In this document: in pieces, positions 47,678-56,869 of the stretch
Position numbering within the stretch: position 1 is the first letter of the stretch
How the letters are laid out: every line of letters begins with the position of its first letter
Assembly (NCBI GenBank): GCA_963743885.1
Contig: CAVURJ010000001.1
Span: 566,321 to 630,320, forward strand
Reading direction: 5' to 3'
Length of the DNA stretch: 64,000 nt
Origin: Candidatus Moraniibacteriota bacterium
Lineage (GTDB): Bacteria; Patescibacteriota; Minisyncoccia; Moranbacterales; UBA1568
Program-made: the position numbers and the translations under genes
Notes under the pieces: generated by a model
The model's input: only the letters and a program-made list of their open reading frames with translations
Told to the model about the DNA's origin: nothing
Databases searched by the model: none

Positions 47678-49138
47678 ATGCGCGAAGACATTCTGGCGAC
47701 CAAAGAAGAAAAACTCGGTACCCTGACTAAGGCTTTCGGGACAGCGTATCCGGAGCAGTGCGGCCGTACCCACGCCGTGGCTGATGTACTCGGTGGCTTT
47801 GACGCACTTCTACAATCAGGCGACCAGGTGACGATTGCGGGCCGTGTGAAGTCTCTTCGCATGATGGGCAAGATCGGTTTCGCACACATCGAGGATGGGA
47901 GCGGCAAGATGCAGATTTTTCTTTCCGAGCAGGCGACCGGTCTGGATACGCTCAAGCTCTTTGCAGATACTATCGAGATTGGCGATTTCGTCGAGGCGAC
48001 CGGTAAGGCGTTCCTGACCAAGAAGGAAGAGAAGACGATCGAGGTGGCTGGCTGGAAGATCCTCGGTAAGTCCATGCGTCCGATCCCGACCGAGCACTTC
48101 GGACTCCAGGATGAGGAGGAGAAGCTTCGCCGCCGCTATCTTGATTTGCTTTCCAATCCTGAGACGCGCGATATCTTTGTGAAGAAGAATGCTTTCTGGC
48201 AGACGGTACGTACGTTGCTCTCGAGCGAGAAGTTTCTTGAGGTCCAGACGCCAGTCCTCGAGCATATCCCGGGCGGCGCCGAAGCCGAGCCGTTCGTCAC
48301 GCATCACAATGCGCTCGATGCTGATTTTTATCTTCGCATCTCACTCGAGCTTTCGCTCAAGCGTCTCCTGGTCGGCGGATACGAGCGGGTCTTCGAGATC
48401 GGTCGCGTCTTCCGCAACGAGGGCATCGACCGCGAGCATCTCCAGGAGTTCGACCACATGGAGTTCTATGCGGCCTATATGGACATGGAGCAGGGTATGG
48501 CGCTTGTGGAGAAGATGTATCGGGATATCGTGCGCGCGGTCGCTGGCGAGGCTTTGACGACTTCGTACGAGGGCGAGACGATCGATTGGTCGAAGCCATT
48601 CCCGCGCGTCGACTATTTCACCGAATTTAAGAAAGAGACTGATATCGATCTTTCGGATGACGTCAGCGTCGAGGAACTCCAGAAGAAAGCCGATGAGCTC
48701 GGTATCAAGTACGAGAAGAATTACGGTCTCGGTCGCATGATCGATACGCTTTACAAGAAGACGGTCCGTCAGCGCCTGATGCAGCCGTGCCTCCTCGTGG
48801 GACATCCGCTCGCGGTATCGCCCTTGGCGAAGATCGACCCGAAGGATCCGAAGAAGGTGCTTCGCTTCCAGCCGGTCGCGGTCCGAAGCGAGCTCGGCAA
48901 CGGGTTTGCAGAGCTCAATGATCCGGCCGACCAGCGTCGCCGTTTCGAAGAGCAGATGAAGCTCCGCGCCGCGGGCGATGCCGAAGGTATGATGCTCGAT
49001 GAGGATTTCCTCGAAGCGCTCGAATACGGCATGCCGCCGGCGTGCGGCTTCGGCATGAGCGAACGGCTCTTCGCTATTCTCATGGATCGATCCGTTCGCG
49101 AGACGGTCATCTTCCCGCCGATGAAGGGGAGGGAGTAG
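47678..49138 (+). CDS. lysS: Lysine--tRNA ligase (class II)
   Basis: RRRYLDL, GGAEAEPF, FRNEG, ELNDP, YGMPP. Confidence 0.95.
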   Translation: MREDILATKEEKLGTLTKAFGTAYPEQCGRTHAVADVLGGFDALLQSGDQVTIAGRVKSLRMMGKIGFAHIEDGSGKMQIFLSEQATGLDTLKLFADTIEIGDFVEATGKAFLTKKEEKTIEVAGWKILGKSMRPIPTEHFGLQDEEEKLRRRYLDLLSNPETRDIFVKKNAFWQTVRTLLSSEKFLEVQTPVLEHIPGGAEAEPFVTHHNALDADFYLRISLELSLKRLLVGGYERVFEIGRVFRNEGIDREHLQEFDHMEFYAAYMDMEQGMALVEKMYRDIVRAVAGEALTTSYEGETIDWSKPFPRVDYFTEFKKETDIDLSDDVSVEELQKKADELGIKYEKNYGLGRMIDTLYKKTVRQRLMQPCLLVGHPLAVSPLAKIDPKDPKKVLRFQPVAVRSELGNGFAELNDPADQRRRFEEQMKLRAAGDAEGMMLDEDFLEALEYGMPPACGFGMSERLFAILMDRSVRETVIFPPMKGRE

Positions 49139-49267
49139 TATTTTGTATAGTGTATTAAGTATTATGTATGAAGAGAGCAAGGCTTTGCCTTGCCAAACGC
49201 TTTAAAATAGATTAAAGTTTCTGGGTGCTTTTGTCGCACAATACGCGATACGGCATACGTGATATAG
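49139..49267. repeat. 7-nt periodic inverted repeat
   Basis: gtatagt-gtattaa-gtattat ... caatacg-cgatacg-gcatacg-tgatata. Confidence 0.65.
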
Positions 49268-49275
49268 ATGAGTTT

Positions 49276-49347
49276 GGATGATTAGCTCAGTTGGTTACCC
49301 GCCCGAACGTACCGTTCGGTACGGGCGGGGAGCACAGCATTAACAAC
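49276..49347 (+). pseudogene. 5' half of a second tRNA-Val with a 32-bp palindrome in the D-loop
   Basis: GGATGAT TAGCTCAGTTGGTTA[49298-49329]GAGC A CAGCA TT. Confidence 0.75.
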
Positions 49348-49349
49348 CT

Positions 49350-49423
49350 GGTCGCATAGTTCAGTTGGTTAGAACGTTCGATTCACATTCGAAAGGTCCC
49401 TGGTTCGAGTCCAGGTGCGACCA
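49350..49423 (+). tRNA. tRNA-Val(CAC)
   Basis: Cloverleaf GGTCGCA/TGCGACC, anticodon arm TTCGA-TTCACAT-TCGAA, T-loop TTCGAGT; CCA not encoded. Confidence 0.9.
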
Positions 49424-49464
49424 CAGGAGGAGTTTAAGTGGTTCAGTTTCTGCTCGGAGTTGAG

Positions 49465-49659
49465 CAGTTGGTTACCCGCCCGTACCGAACGGTACGTTCG
49501 GGCGGGGAGCACAGCATTCACATTGCTGGGGTCACTGGTTCGAATCCAGTATTGTCCACAGGAGGTTCAGTTTCCGCCAAAGGTGGACCCGCCTCAGGCG
49601 GGGGTTAGAGCGCAGCATTCACATTGCTGGGGTCACTGGTTCGAATCCAGTATCATCCG
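49465..49659 (+). pseudogene. Two tandem 5'-truncated tRNA-Val(CAC) copies, each with a D-loop hairpin insertion
   Basis: gagc.cagcattcacattgctggggtcactggttcgaatccagtat..tcc at ~49507-49558 and ~49608-49659. Confidence 0.8.
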
Positions 49660-49761
49660 CAAAGGTTCACTGGTTCAGAGTCCCCGCCCGAAATCCTCTG
49701 TGTTTAGCACTTCTGCGTACACTTATTAGATTTTCATCTTGATCTGCGCTATTATTGAGAT

Positions 49762-49998
49762 ATGAATAAAAAAGCTTTGCAAAAAAGTCTCATCAGTAAG
49801 GTTGCCTCAAAAGGTGCCGTAAAAAAGAATGTCACCGCCTTTGAGGTATATGGTAACTATAGAAAAGCCGCGGATATTATTGAGCGTGTTGATTTTGCTT
49901 CGGGCAAGAGAGTTATTTTCAAGTCAGATACTGGCTCCACGCTGAATTTTGAGATTAACCGTCATGGAGCCTACTCCACAACAGCGCAAACGATTTAG
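49762..49998 (+). CDS. Small basic hypothetical protein
   Basis: 78-aa AT-rich ORF overlapping the next gene. Confidence 0.55.
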   Translation: MNKKALQKSLISKVASKGAVKKNVTAFEVYGNYRKAADIIERVDFASGKRVIFKSDTGSTLNFEINRHGAYSTTAQTI

Positions 49999-50977
49999 GA
50001 CGACGCAGGATTGGAATGACTACCTTGGTCCGCTTCTCCAATCTGGTACTCCCATCACAGGAGGACAGCTATTTGATTTGCGGAAGGCGTGCTATGTCGA
50101 GATTGAATCACTACGCGGTCGCCCGCTTCTCGTATACGCAACAAAGTTTTTGGAAGGTGTCTTTCCGGGCACGCCGAATCAAATTGATCTGCCGGATATT
50201 GATGGATTTACTGATCTCATCAACTCCATATCCGATTCTGATTCAGTAGATATCTTACTCCATAGTCCGGGTGGGCGTCCCGACGCAACAGAGCGCATCG
50301 TAGAGATACTTCGCAACAAGTTCAAGGAAGTTCACTTTCTTGTCCCGCACTCCGCGTATTCAGCGGCTACCATGCTCGCGCTCTCTGGCGATACTATTGT
50401 TTTGCACCCGAGCGCAACTCTTGGCCCGATTGACCCACAACTTGGTATTCCGACCAAGGAGGGTATGGTGCGCTTTACGCCAGCAAAATCTATTCTCAAT
50501 GGCTTTGCAAAAGCGAAAGCCGTTCTCAAAAAGGAGGGGCCGGAATCTCTTCCTGCTTATATCCCGCTTATTGAGAAATATTCCCTTGACCTGCTCGAAT
50601 TATGTGAGGATTCCGAGAAACTCTCGAAGGATTTGGTGTCTTCATGGCTCAGGAAATATATGTTTGCTGGAGAGCATGGCGCTCCGCTCACTCGCAAGGT
50701 AAAGAAAATTGCCAATTTCTTTTCAGATTACGACACCCATCACAGTCATTCACGCTCTTTGTCGCCAGCTAAACTCCAAAATGGGTTTGGCTTGAAAGTA
50801 GAAGTTGCGGATGATGGACTTTGCGATTTGCTTTGGGAGGCACATATTTTACTCAGTGGGTTTTTTAACGCAAGCCAGTTCGTTAAACTTTATGAAAGCA
50901 CTCATGGAGTATCGTGGGGTAAACAATTTCAAGTAACGCTTGCTCCACAACAAGCTCCTCAGCAGAAACCGAAATAA
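49964..50977 (+). CDS. ClpP/SppA-like serine protease (SDH_sah / S49-like)
   Basis: LLHSPGG, AYSAATMLALSGD, LGPIDPQ, HSHSR. Confidence 0.85.
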   Translation: MEPTPQQRKRFRTTQDWNDYLGPLLQSGTPITGGQLFDLRKACYVEIESLRGRPLLVYATKFLEGVFPGTPNQIDLPDIDGFTDLINSISDSDSVDILLHSPGGRPDATERIVEILRNKFKEVHFLVPHSAYSAATMLALSGDTIVLHPSATLGPIDPQLGIPTKEGMVRFTPAKSILNGFAKAKAVLKKEGPESLPAYIPLIEKYSLDLLELCEDSEKLSKDLVSSWLRKYMFAGEHGAPLTRKVKKIANFFSDYDTHHSHSRSLSPAKLQNGFGLKVEVADDGLCDLLWEAHILLSGFFNASQFVKLYESTHGVSWGKQFQVTLAPQQAPQQKPK

Positions 50978-51107
50978 TAAGGAATGAGGGAGAGCGGCTC
51001 TGTTGGGGGCTTTTCTTTTTGCTTTTTTCAGCCAAAACCGCTACACTAGGAGCTGTAATCACCGTTTTTCTTGATTCTTGTCTCTTGATTCTTTACTCTT
51101 CTTCAAT

Positions 51108-52442
51108 ATGTTAGATATCCAATTCATCCGCACCAATAAGGAAAGAATCGCCGAGGCGGCGAAGAATAAGAACCTGTCTTTCGACGTGGAGGCGCTCTTA
51201 GTGAAGGATCAGGAGCGCGTAGCGCTGCTCCAGGAGATCGAGGAGCTCAAGTCGCTCAAGAATGACATCAACGAGCTGATACAGAAGGCCGCGACGCCTG
51301 AGGAGCGCACAGAGATCATCGCGAAGGGCAAGGAGATCAAAGCGAAGCTTGATGAGGTTGAACCGCGCTATGCTGCGGTCAAGGAAGAGTATGTCGAGCT
51401 CATGGCTCAGGTGCCGAATATCGTCTCTCCGGATACGCCAGTAGGCAAGACCGATGCGGAGAATGTCGAGATCATGCAGTGGGGGACGAAGCCTGCTTTC
51501 GAGTTTACACCGCGCACGCATATCGAGCTCGGCGAGATGCTCGATATCATCGACTTCGAGCGTGGGACCAAGGTCTCTGGCTATCGCGGCTACTATCTCA
51601 AGAACGAAGGCACGCTCCTCGTGATGGGGCTCATGCTCTATGCGATCCAGAAGATGGTATCCAAGGGTTATGCGCCGATGATTCCGCCGACCCTCGTGAA
51701 GGGCTTCCCGCTTTTCGGCAGCGGCTACTTCAAGGGGCTCGAGTATGACGGTGGCGTCGATGAGATCTATCAGGTCGCGACATCTGACAAAGAGGCTGAT
51801 GGCAGCGCATCCAAGGAATCAAAGTTCTTGGTCGGGACGGCTGAGCCGTCACTTCTCGCCTATTATTCCGGCGAGGTGCTCGATGGCGCCACGCTTCCGA
51901 TGCGGCTCGCTGGATTCAGCCAGTGCTATCGGAGCGAGATTGGCAGCTATGGCAAGGATACCAAGGGCATGTACCGCGTGCACGAGTTCTTCAAGGTGGA
52001 GCAGGTGGTCATCGCGCCAGCCGATATCGAGGCGGTCGATGCACTCCAGGAAGAGATGATCGGCATTTCCGAAGAGATGCATCGCGAGCTCGGGCTGCCA
52101 TACCGCAAGATCCAGATCTGCACGGGTGATATGAGTGCTGGCAAGTACCGCGCATTCGATCTCGAGGCTTGGATGCCGGGCATGGACCGCTACGGCGAGA
52201 CCGGTTCTGCTTCTGATTTCCTCGATTGGCAGTCGCGTCGTCTGGATGTGAAATACAAGGACGCTGCGACCGGCGAGCGCAAGCATGCCTATATGCTCAA
52301 CAACACTGCTTTGCCGAGTCCGCGCATTCTGATCGCTATTCTCGAGAATTACCAGCAGGCGGATGGCTCGGTCGTTGTGCCGGAAGTCCTCCGTCCGTTC
52401 GTCGGCAAGGATGTGATTGTTCAGAAAACAGCCAACAAATAA
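51108..52442 (+). CDS. serS: Serine--tRNA ligase
   Basis: MLDIQFIR, GTAE, YRSE, HEFFKVEQ, LNNTA. Confidence 0.95.
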   Translation: MLDIQFIRTNKERIAEAAKNKNLSFDVEALLVKDQERVALLQEIEELKSLKNDINELIQKAATPEERTEIIAKGKEIKAKLDEVEPRYAAVKEEYVELMAQVPNIVSPDTPVGKTDAENVEIMQWGTKPAFEFTPRTHIELGEMLDIIDFERGTKVSGYRGYYLKNEGTLLVMGLMLYAIQKMVSKGYAPMIPPTLVKGFPLFGSGYFKGLEYDGGVDEIYQVATSDKEADGSASKESKFLVGTAEPSLLAYYSGEVLDGATLPMRLAGFSQCYRSEIGSYGKDTKGMYRVHEFFKVEQVVIAPADIEAVDALQEEMIGISEEMHRELGLPYRKIQICTGDMSAGKYRAFDLEAWMPGMDRYGETGSASDFLDWQSRRLDVKYKDAATGERKHAYMLNNTALPSPRILIAILENYQQADGSVVVPEVLRPFVGKDVIVQKTANK

Positions 52443-52529
52443 CAGTCAACAAGGGAAGAGGTTGGTCACGTCTTGGTCTTGATTTTGTTTGGTTTTTGTT
52501 GTTAACTGCTTAATGTTGTCTGTTGATTG
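52427..52529. repeat. 7-nt periodic inverted repeat
   Basis: aacagcc-aacaaat-aacagtc-aacaa ... ttgttaa..atgttgt-ctgttga. Confidence 0.65.
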
Positions 52530-52536
52530 AAATTTC

Positions 52537-52609
52537 GGGTGCGTAGCTCAGTCGGTAGAGCAGTGGCCTTTTAAGCCAACGGTCGAGGGTTCGATTCCCC
52601 CCGCACCCA
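52537..52609 (+). tRNA. tRNA-Lys(TTT)
   Basis: GGGTGCG/CGCACCC acceptor stem, anticodon loop CTTTTAA, T-loop TTCGATT; single mismatches in the anticodon and T stems. Confidence 0.88.
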
Positions 52610-52855
52610 CAATTTTTCCCCCGCGGAGTACGCAAATGGCTTTGCGTATGCGGGGAATCGAAGGGTATTCCAGTGCTTTTTCAGCAGAAAAAGACGGAAT
52701 ACCGGGGTCGAGGAGTCCGGGCGCGACGGCGCACGGATGAGGTAACCGATTCCCTGTATTCACTCAAAATAGGAAAAAGGCTTCGAGAGAAGCCTTTTTT
52801 CTTTTGTATTGAGGATTTTACTGGTATAATAGGAAAGTATTTAGTATAGATTCTT

Positions 52856-53947
52856 ATGATAAAGAAAATAGCGGCAGCGGTATTCGGAGCAATCGTGCTT
52901 TCTGGTTGTAGCGCGCCAATACCTGGTCCGAGTGGTGATAGGGGGAGTATTTGGAAATCGTTTGATGGTGGACAGACATTTTCTATACGATCGACAGTGG
53001 ATGAGACGCGTTCCATCTCGAGTGCCGATGTTCTTTCATTTTCTTTTCATCCGCACGATTCTAGTATTATTTATATTGGCACGGTGGATAACGGTATTTT
53101 TAGGACAAAAAATGGCGGAGAGACTTGGGAGCCGATCGATTTTCCACCCAAGAAGATTTACAGCTTCATCCTCGATCGGAATGACCCGGACAATCGTATG
53201 TTCGCGTCTGGAATGATGAACAATGTTGGCAAGATCTACCGGACTGATGATACTGGGCAGAATTGGCGCGAGGTGTATTCGGAGCCGGGCACTGGCGCAG
53301 TCATGACGGCGGTCGCCGAGCATCCGCGTGATACCAATGTGCTCTTTGGTGGCACGAGCGCTGGTACGGTCGTGAAGAGCGTTGATGGCGGTGAGACATG
53401 GAAGAATATCGGCGCGACGCTTGATGGGCCGATCACTCAGTTCGTATTCGATGCCGATCGACCGTATGTTTTGTATGCTCTCATTTTCAATCGTCAGATC
53501 TTCTACTCTCCGGATGGTGGTGTTACTTGGGTTGATTGGGAGAAGGAGAAGTCGAAAGATGTTTCCGCGCGGACGTCTTCGTTAGTTGATCAGACGCTTT
53601 TAACCAAGGCTCCTGATGGTATCCTTTCGATTATACCGGACCCATTGGTTTCCGGAATGCTCTATGCTACGAAGCAGGGAGGTGTCTATCGCAGCCGCGA
53701 TTTCGGCAAGTACTGGGAGAAGCTCAATATCATCGAGAGCGCCGAGAAACTTCCGATTCGATCGTTCGCTGTCAACCCGCATGATTCGAATGAGATTGTC
53801 TTTGTGGCCGGGAATGCATTTTATAAGTCGAAGAATGCCGGAGAGACCTGGTCGGTGACCGAGCTCGGCGTCGACAGGAGCGTTTCGGTGATTGCTTATG
53901 ATCCGATGCATCCGGAGATCATCTACCTAGCACTCCGCAAGCTGTAG
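52856..53947 (+). CDS. BNR/Asp-box beta-propeller lipoprotein (YCF48/sortilin-like)
   Basis: Lipobox LSGC; repeated S.DGG.TW. Confidence 0.85.
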   Translation: MIKKIAAAVFGAIVLSGCSAPIPGPSGDRGSIWKSFDGGQTFSIRSTVDETRSISSADVLSFSFHPHDSSIIYIGTVDNGIFRTKNGGETWEPIDFPPKKIYSFILDRNDPDNRMFASGMMNNVGKIYRTDDTGQNWREVYSEPGTGAVMTAVAEHPRDTNVLFGGTSAGTVVKSVDGGETWKNIGATLDGPITQFVFDADRPYVLYALIFNRQIFYSPDGGVTWVDWEKEKSKDVSARTSSLVDQTLLTKAPDGILSIIPDPLVSGMLYATKQGGVYRSRDFGKYWEKLNIIESAEKLPIRSFAVNPHDSNEIVFVAGNAFYKSKNAGETWSVTELGVDRSVSVIAYDPMHPEIIYLALRKL

Positions 53948-53950
53948 AGG

Positions 53951-54096
53951 CAGTCAACAATCAACAGTCAACGAGATACAGTTAGCAGGAAATATTAAAT
54001 AGTATGAAAAAAAGTAGCAATGATTTCAATACGGATTTTTCCGAGTGAATCCGTTTCTGTTAATTGTTAGTTGTTATCTGTTAACTGTTTTAACTG
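53951..54096. repeat. 7-nt periodic inverted repeat
   Basis: caacaat-caacagt-caacga ... ctgttaa-ttgttag-ttgttat-ctgttaa-ctgtt. Confidence 0.8.
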
Positions 54097-54103
54097 AACA
54101 TAT

Positions 54104-54661
54104 ATGGTGAAAGAACTGATAGATGGGAAGAGGGAGAGTTTCGAGAATGCCGTGACGCATTTCGCTGAGGAGGCGACCAAGCTTCGCACCGGCCGCGCCA
54201 ATCCGGCGCTCGTCGAGCACATCATGGTCGATTATTACGGTACCAAGACGCCGCTTCTCCAGATCGCGAGCATCAGCATCCCTGAGGCGCGGCAGATCCT
54301 TATCCAGCCGTGGGACAAGGGTGCGATGCAGCCGATCGAGACCGCGATCCGCGATTCCGACCTTGGTCTCAACCCTGGCAATGATGGTCAGAACATCCGT
54401 ATCGTACTACCAGCGCTCAATGAGGAACGTCGCCGCGACCTGGTGAAGTCGCTCGGCGCTCGTGCCGAAGAGGCCCGCATCGCCATCCGCACCGTTCGTG
54501 AGGATGTTTGGAAGGAGATCCAGGATCTTGAGAAGGAGGGCGTAATCAGCGAGGATGACAAATTCCAGGGCAAGGACGCGCTCCAGAAGGTCATCGATGA
54601 ATACAATTCCCGAATCGAGGATTTGCGTGTTAAAAAAGAACAAGAGATACTTACAGTATAG
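54104..54661 (+). CDS. frr: Ribosome recycling factor
   Basis: LRTGRANP, SDLGLNP, LNEERRRDLVK. Confidence 0.95.
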   Translation: MVKELIDGKRESFENAVTHFAEEATKLRTGRANPALVEHIMVDYYGTKTPLLQIASISIPEARQILIQPWDKGAMQPIETAIRDSDLGLNPGNDGQNIRIVLPALNEERRRDLVKSLGARAEEARIAIRTVREDVWKEIQDLEKEGVISEDDKFQGKDALQKVIDEYNSRIEDLRVKKEQEILTV

Positions 54662-54745
54662 TAACGAGTAATTGGTAACCGGTAACTGGGTAGGAATCAT
54701 GTTTTTGTGGCATTTCCTAGTTACGAGTTGCTAGTTACAAATTAC
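54661..54745. repeat. 7-nt periodic inverted repeat
   Basis: gtaacga-gtaattg-gtaaccg-gtaactg ... tagttac-gagttgc-tagttac-aaattac. Confidence 0.8.
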
Positions 54746-54773
54746 TTTTTTAAGTTTATAAAACGATGTTGGC

Positions 54774-55922
54774 ATGCTGACAATTATCATATTTGTGGTC
54801 ATATTAGGATTACTGGTCTTCGTCCATGAGTTCGGGCATTTTATCACGGCCCGCTGGAACGGGATCAAGGTGGATGAGTTCGGTTTCGGTTTTCCGCCGC
54901 GTATCGGTGGCTTCGTGAAGGACAGCGTGACCGGCAAGTACCGCTTCATCCTGGGCGACAAGGACGAGCGGAGCGAGCATACTATTTACTCGATCAACTG
55001 GATTCCGCTCGGCGGCTTCGTCCGCATCGAAGGGGAGGATGGCGGGCATGCGGATGATCCAAACAGCTTCGTGAATAAGCCAGCCTGCGTCCGTGTGCTC
55101 GTGCTGGCTGCCGGCGTCCTCATGAACTTCTTCCTCGCTTGGATACTGTTCTCTGTTGTTTTTGGTCTCGGGCTGCCGCAGCCGATCGATGATGCTGATC
55201 GCCACCTGTATCCGGATGCCCGCGTTCAGATCGTTGATGTCCGTCGGGATTCGCCAGCCTCCGCTATGGGTCTCCAGCCGGGCGATGCCATCGTGGCTAT
55301 CGAAGGTGTGAAAGTCGATGGTCTCCAGTCCGTGAGCGATATTATCTCGGCCAACAAGGGCCGTGAGATTGCTGTCGAGGTGGACCGTTTCGGCAAGGAC
55401 ATGACACTCCGCGGCACGCCGCGTATGGAGTCTCCGCAGGGGGAAGGTGCTCTCGGTATCTCGTTCTCCGAGACAGCGACGGTTTCGTATCCGTGGCACG
55501 AGGCGATCCTTCATGGCGCCCAGGCGACGTATACGGTCACGGTGTCTATTCTCGAGGCGTTCGGTCAGATGATCGCATCGCTCTTCGGAGCACCGAAGGT
55601 TCCGATCGACGTCACTGGGCCGGTCGGCATTGTCTATATGACGAAGCAGATGAGCGACCTTGGAATCGCCTATCTCCTCCAGTTCGCAGCGCTCCTCTCG
55701 ATCAATCTCGGCATCATCAACATCCTGCCAATCCCGGCGCTCGATGGCGGCCGCATCCTTTTCGTGCTCATCGAGAAGCTGAAGGGGAGTCCGGTCAGTC
55801 GGAAGATAGAGGGGATGATCCATCAGGTCGGCTTCATTCTGCTCCTGCTCCTCATGCTCTTCGTCACGATCCGCGATTTCTCGCAGTTCAAGCTTCTGGA
55901 GAAGCTTACGAGCTTTTTTTAG
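54774..55922 (+). CDS. rseP: RIP metalloprotease RseP
   Basis: HEFGH, PDZ domain, NILPIPALDGG. Confidence 0.93.
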   Translation: MLTIIIFVVILGLLVFVHEFGHFITARWNGIKVDEFGFGFPPRIGGFVKDSVTGKYRFILGDKDERSEHTIYSINWIPLGGFVRIEGEDGGHADDPNSFVNKPACVRVLVLAAGVLMNFFLAWILFSVVFGLGLPQPIDDADRHLYPDARVQIVDVRRDSPASAMGLQPGDAIVAIEGVKVDGLQSVSDIISANKGREIAVEVDRFGKDMTLRGTPRMESPQGEGALGISFSETATVSYPWHEAILHGAQATYTVTVSILEAFGQMIASLFGAPKVPIDVTGPVGIVYMTKQMSDLGIAYLLQFAALLSINLGIINILPIPALDGGRILFVLIEKLKGSPVSRKIEGMIHQVGFILLLLLMLFVTIRDFSQFKLLEKLTSFF

Positions 55923-56091
55923 ATGAATCGCTAGGCAGGCAAACCTTTCCGGTGAGTGCTCATCGTTTTTCGATTGTAGAATACAGAAAAATCCCTAATA
56001 TAAGGGATTTTTCGTTATACCATCTTGACAGATGTCTATTTTTTTGATACAATGAACGGTTTCAAGTATAAAGAGTTGTCATATCCATACT

Positions 56092-56745
56092 ATGAATTTC
56101 GTACGGAAACAGCCGCTTTCGTCGGTCATAAGGAAGAATGTTTCGCGGGCAGTCGTGCTTGGTATTTTGCTTGCCTTCGTTTCAATCGCGTTCATGTTTG
56201 TGATGCAGTCGAAGTACCGTGCGGATACGGATTTTCTTATCGTCCAGGTCGGATCGGAGAATAAGGATTTCTATACGCTCTTCAAGTCATCCGAGTATCT
56301 TGGCAACGTGTTTTCGAATGCCGTCGGTAGCGAGCGCTTCATCGATGCGGTCGCAGAGACTGGCGCTCTCAGTTCCAAGACGCTTCCAGCCGGAAAGTCT
56401 GACCGATTGAAGGTATGGCGCGATATGGTATCCGTCAAAAACAACCTTGATATCAGCGTTATGTCAGTGACGGTGAAGGCTGCGAACGAGCGCGATGCTG
56501 CGCGCATCGCTTCAGGTGTCGCTCAGGTGCTCATTGAGAAGAACTCGCTCTTCCGGAGCGGTGATGAGAAGAGTGTCGAGATCCGCACGCTCTCTGGTCC
56601 GATCATCAGGTACAACCTCGGATCCGATAAGGTTGGAGCAGCGGCAGTTGCCGGCTTCTTTGCGGGTTTCCTTATCGTGCTCCTTTCCGCTGTCATCAGG
56701 AATGAGACTCGTTCCGGACGCGCAGAATATCCGGACGCCGAATGA
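56092..56745 (+). CDS. Wzz/CpsC(YveK)-like protein
   Basis: Two terminal TMs; same layout as 29977-30603. Confidence 0.65.
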   Translation: MNFVRKQPLSSVIRKNVSRAVVLGILLAFVSIAFMFVMQSKYRADTDFLIVQVGSENKDFYTLFKSSEYLGNVFSNAVGSERFIDAVAETGALSSKTLPAGKSDRLKVWRDMVSVKNNLDISVMSVTVKAANERDAARIASGVAQVLIEKNSLFRSGDEKSVEIRTLSGPIIRYNLGSDKVGAAAVAGFFAGFLIVLLSAVIRNETRSGRAEYPDAE

Positions 56746-56869
56746 GAAGCATAGTCTTCTGGACGGGGAGTGTTATCCGGCAGGGATAATACTCCTGATC
56801 CAGGAGGGTAATAGACTCCCGAAAGTAGCTTAACAATCTCAATTCATTGCGAAAGAAAAGGAGGACATC

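Noticed and set aside
49276-49690. CRISPR-like repeat/spacer array
   Set aside because: The repeats are tRNA-Val fragments with irregular spacing, and there are no cas genes in the window.
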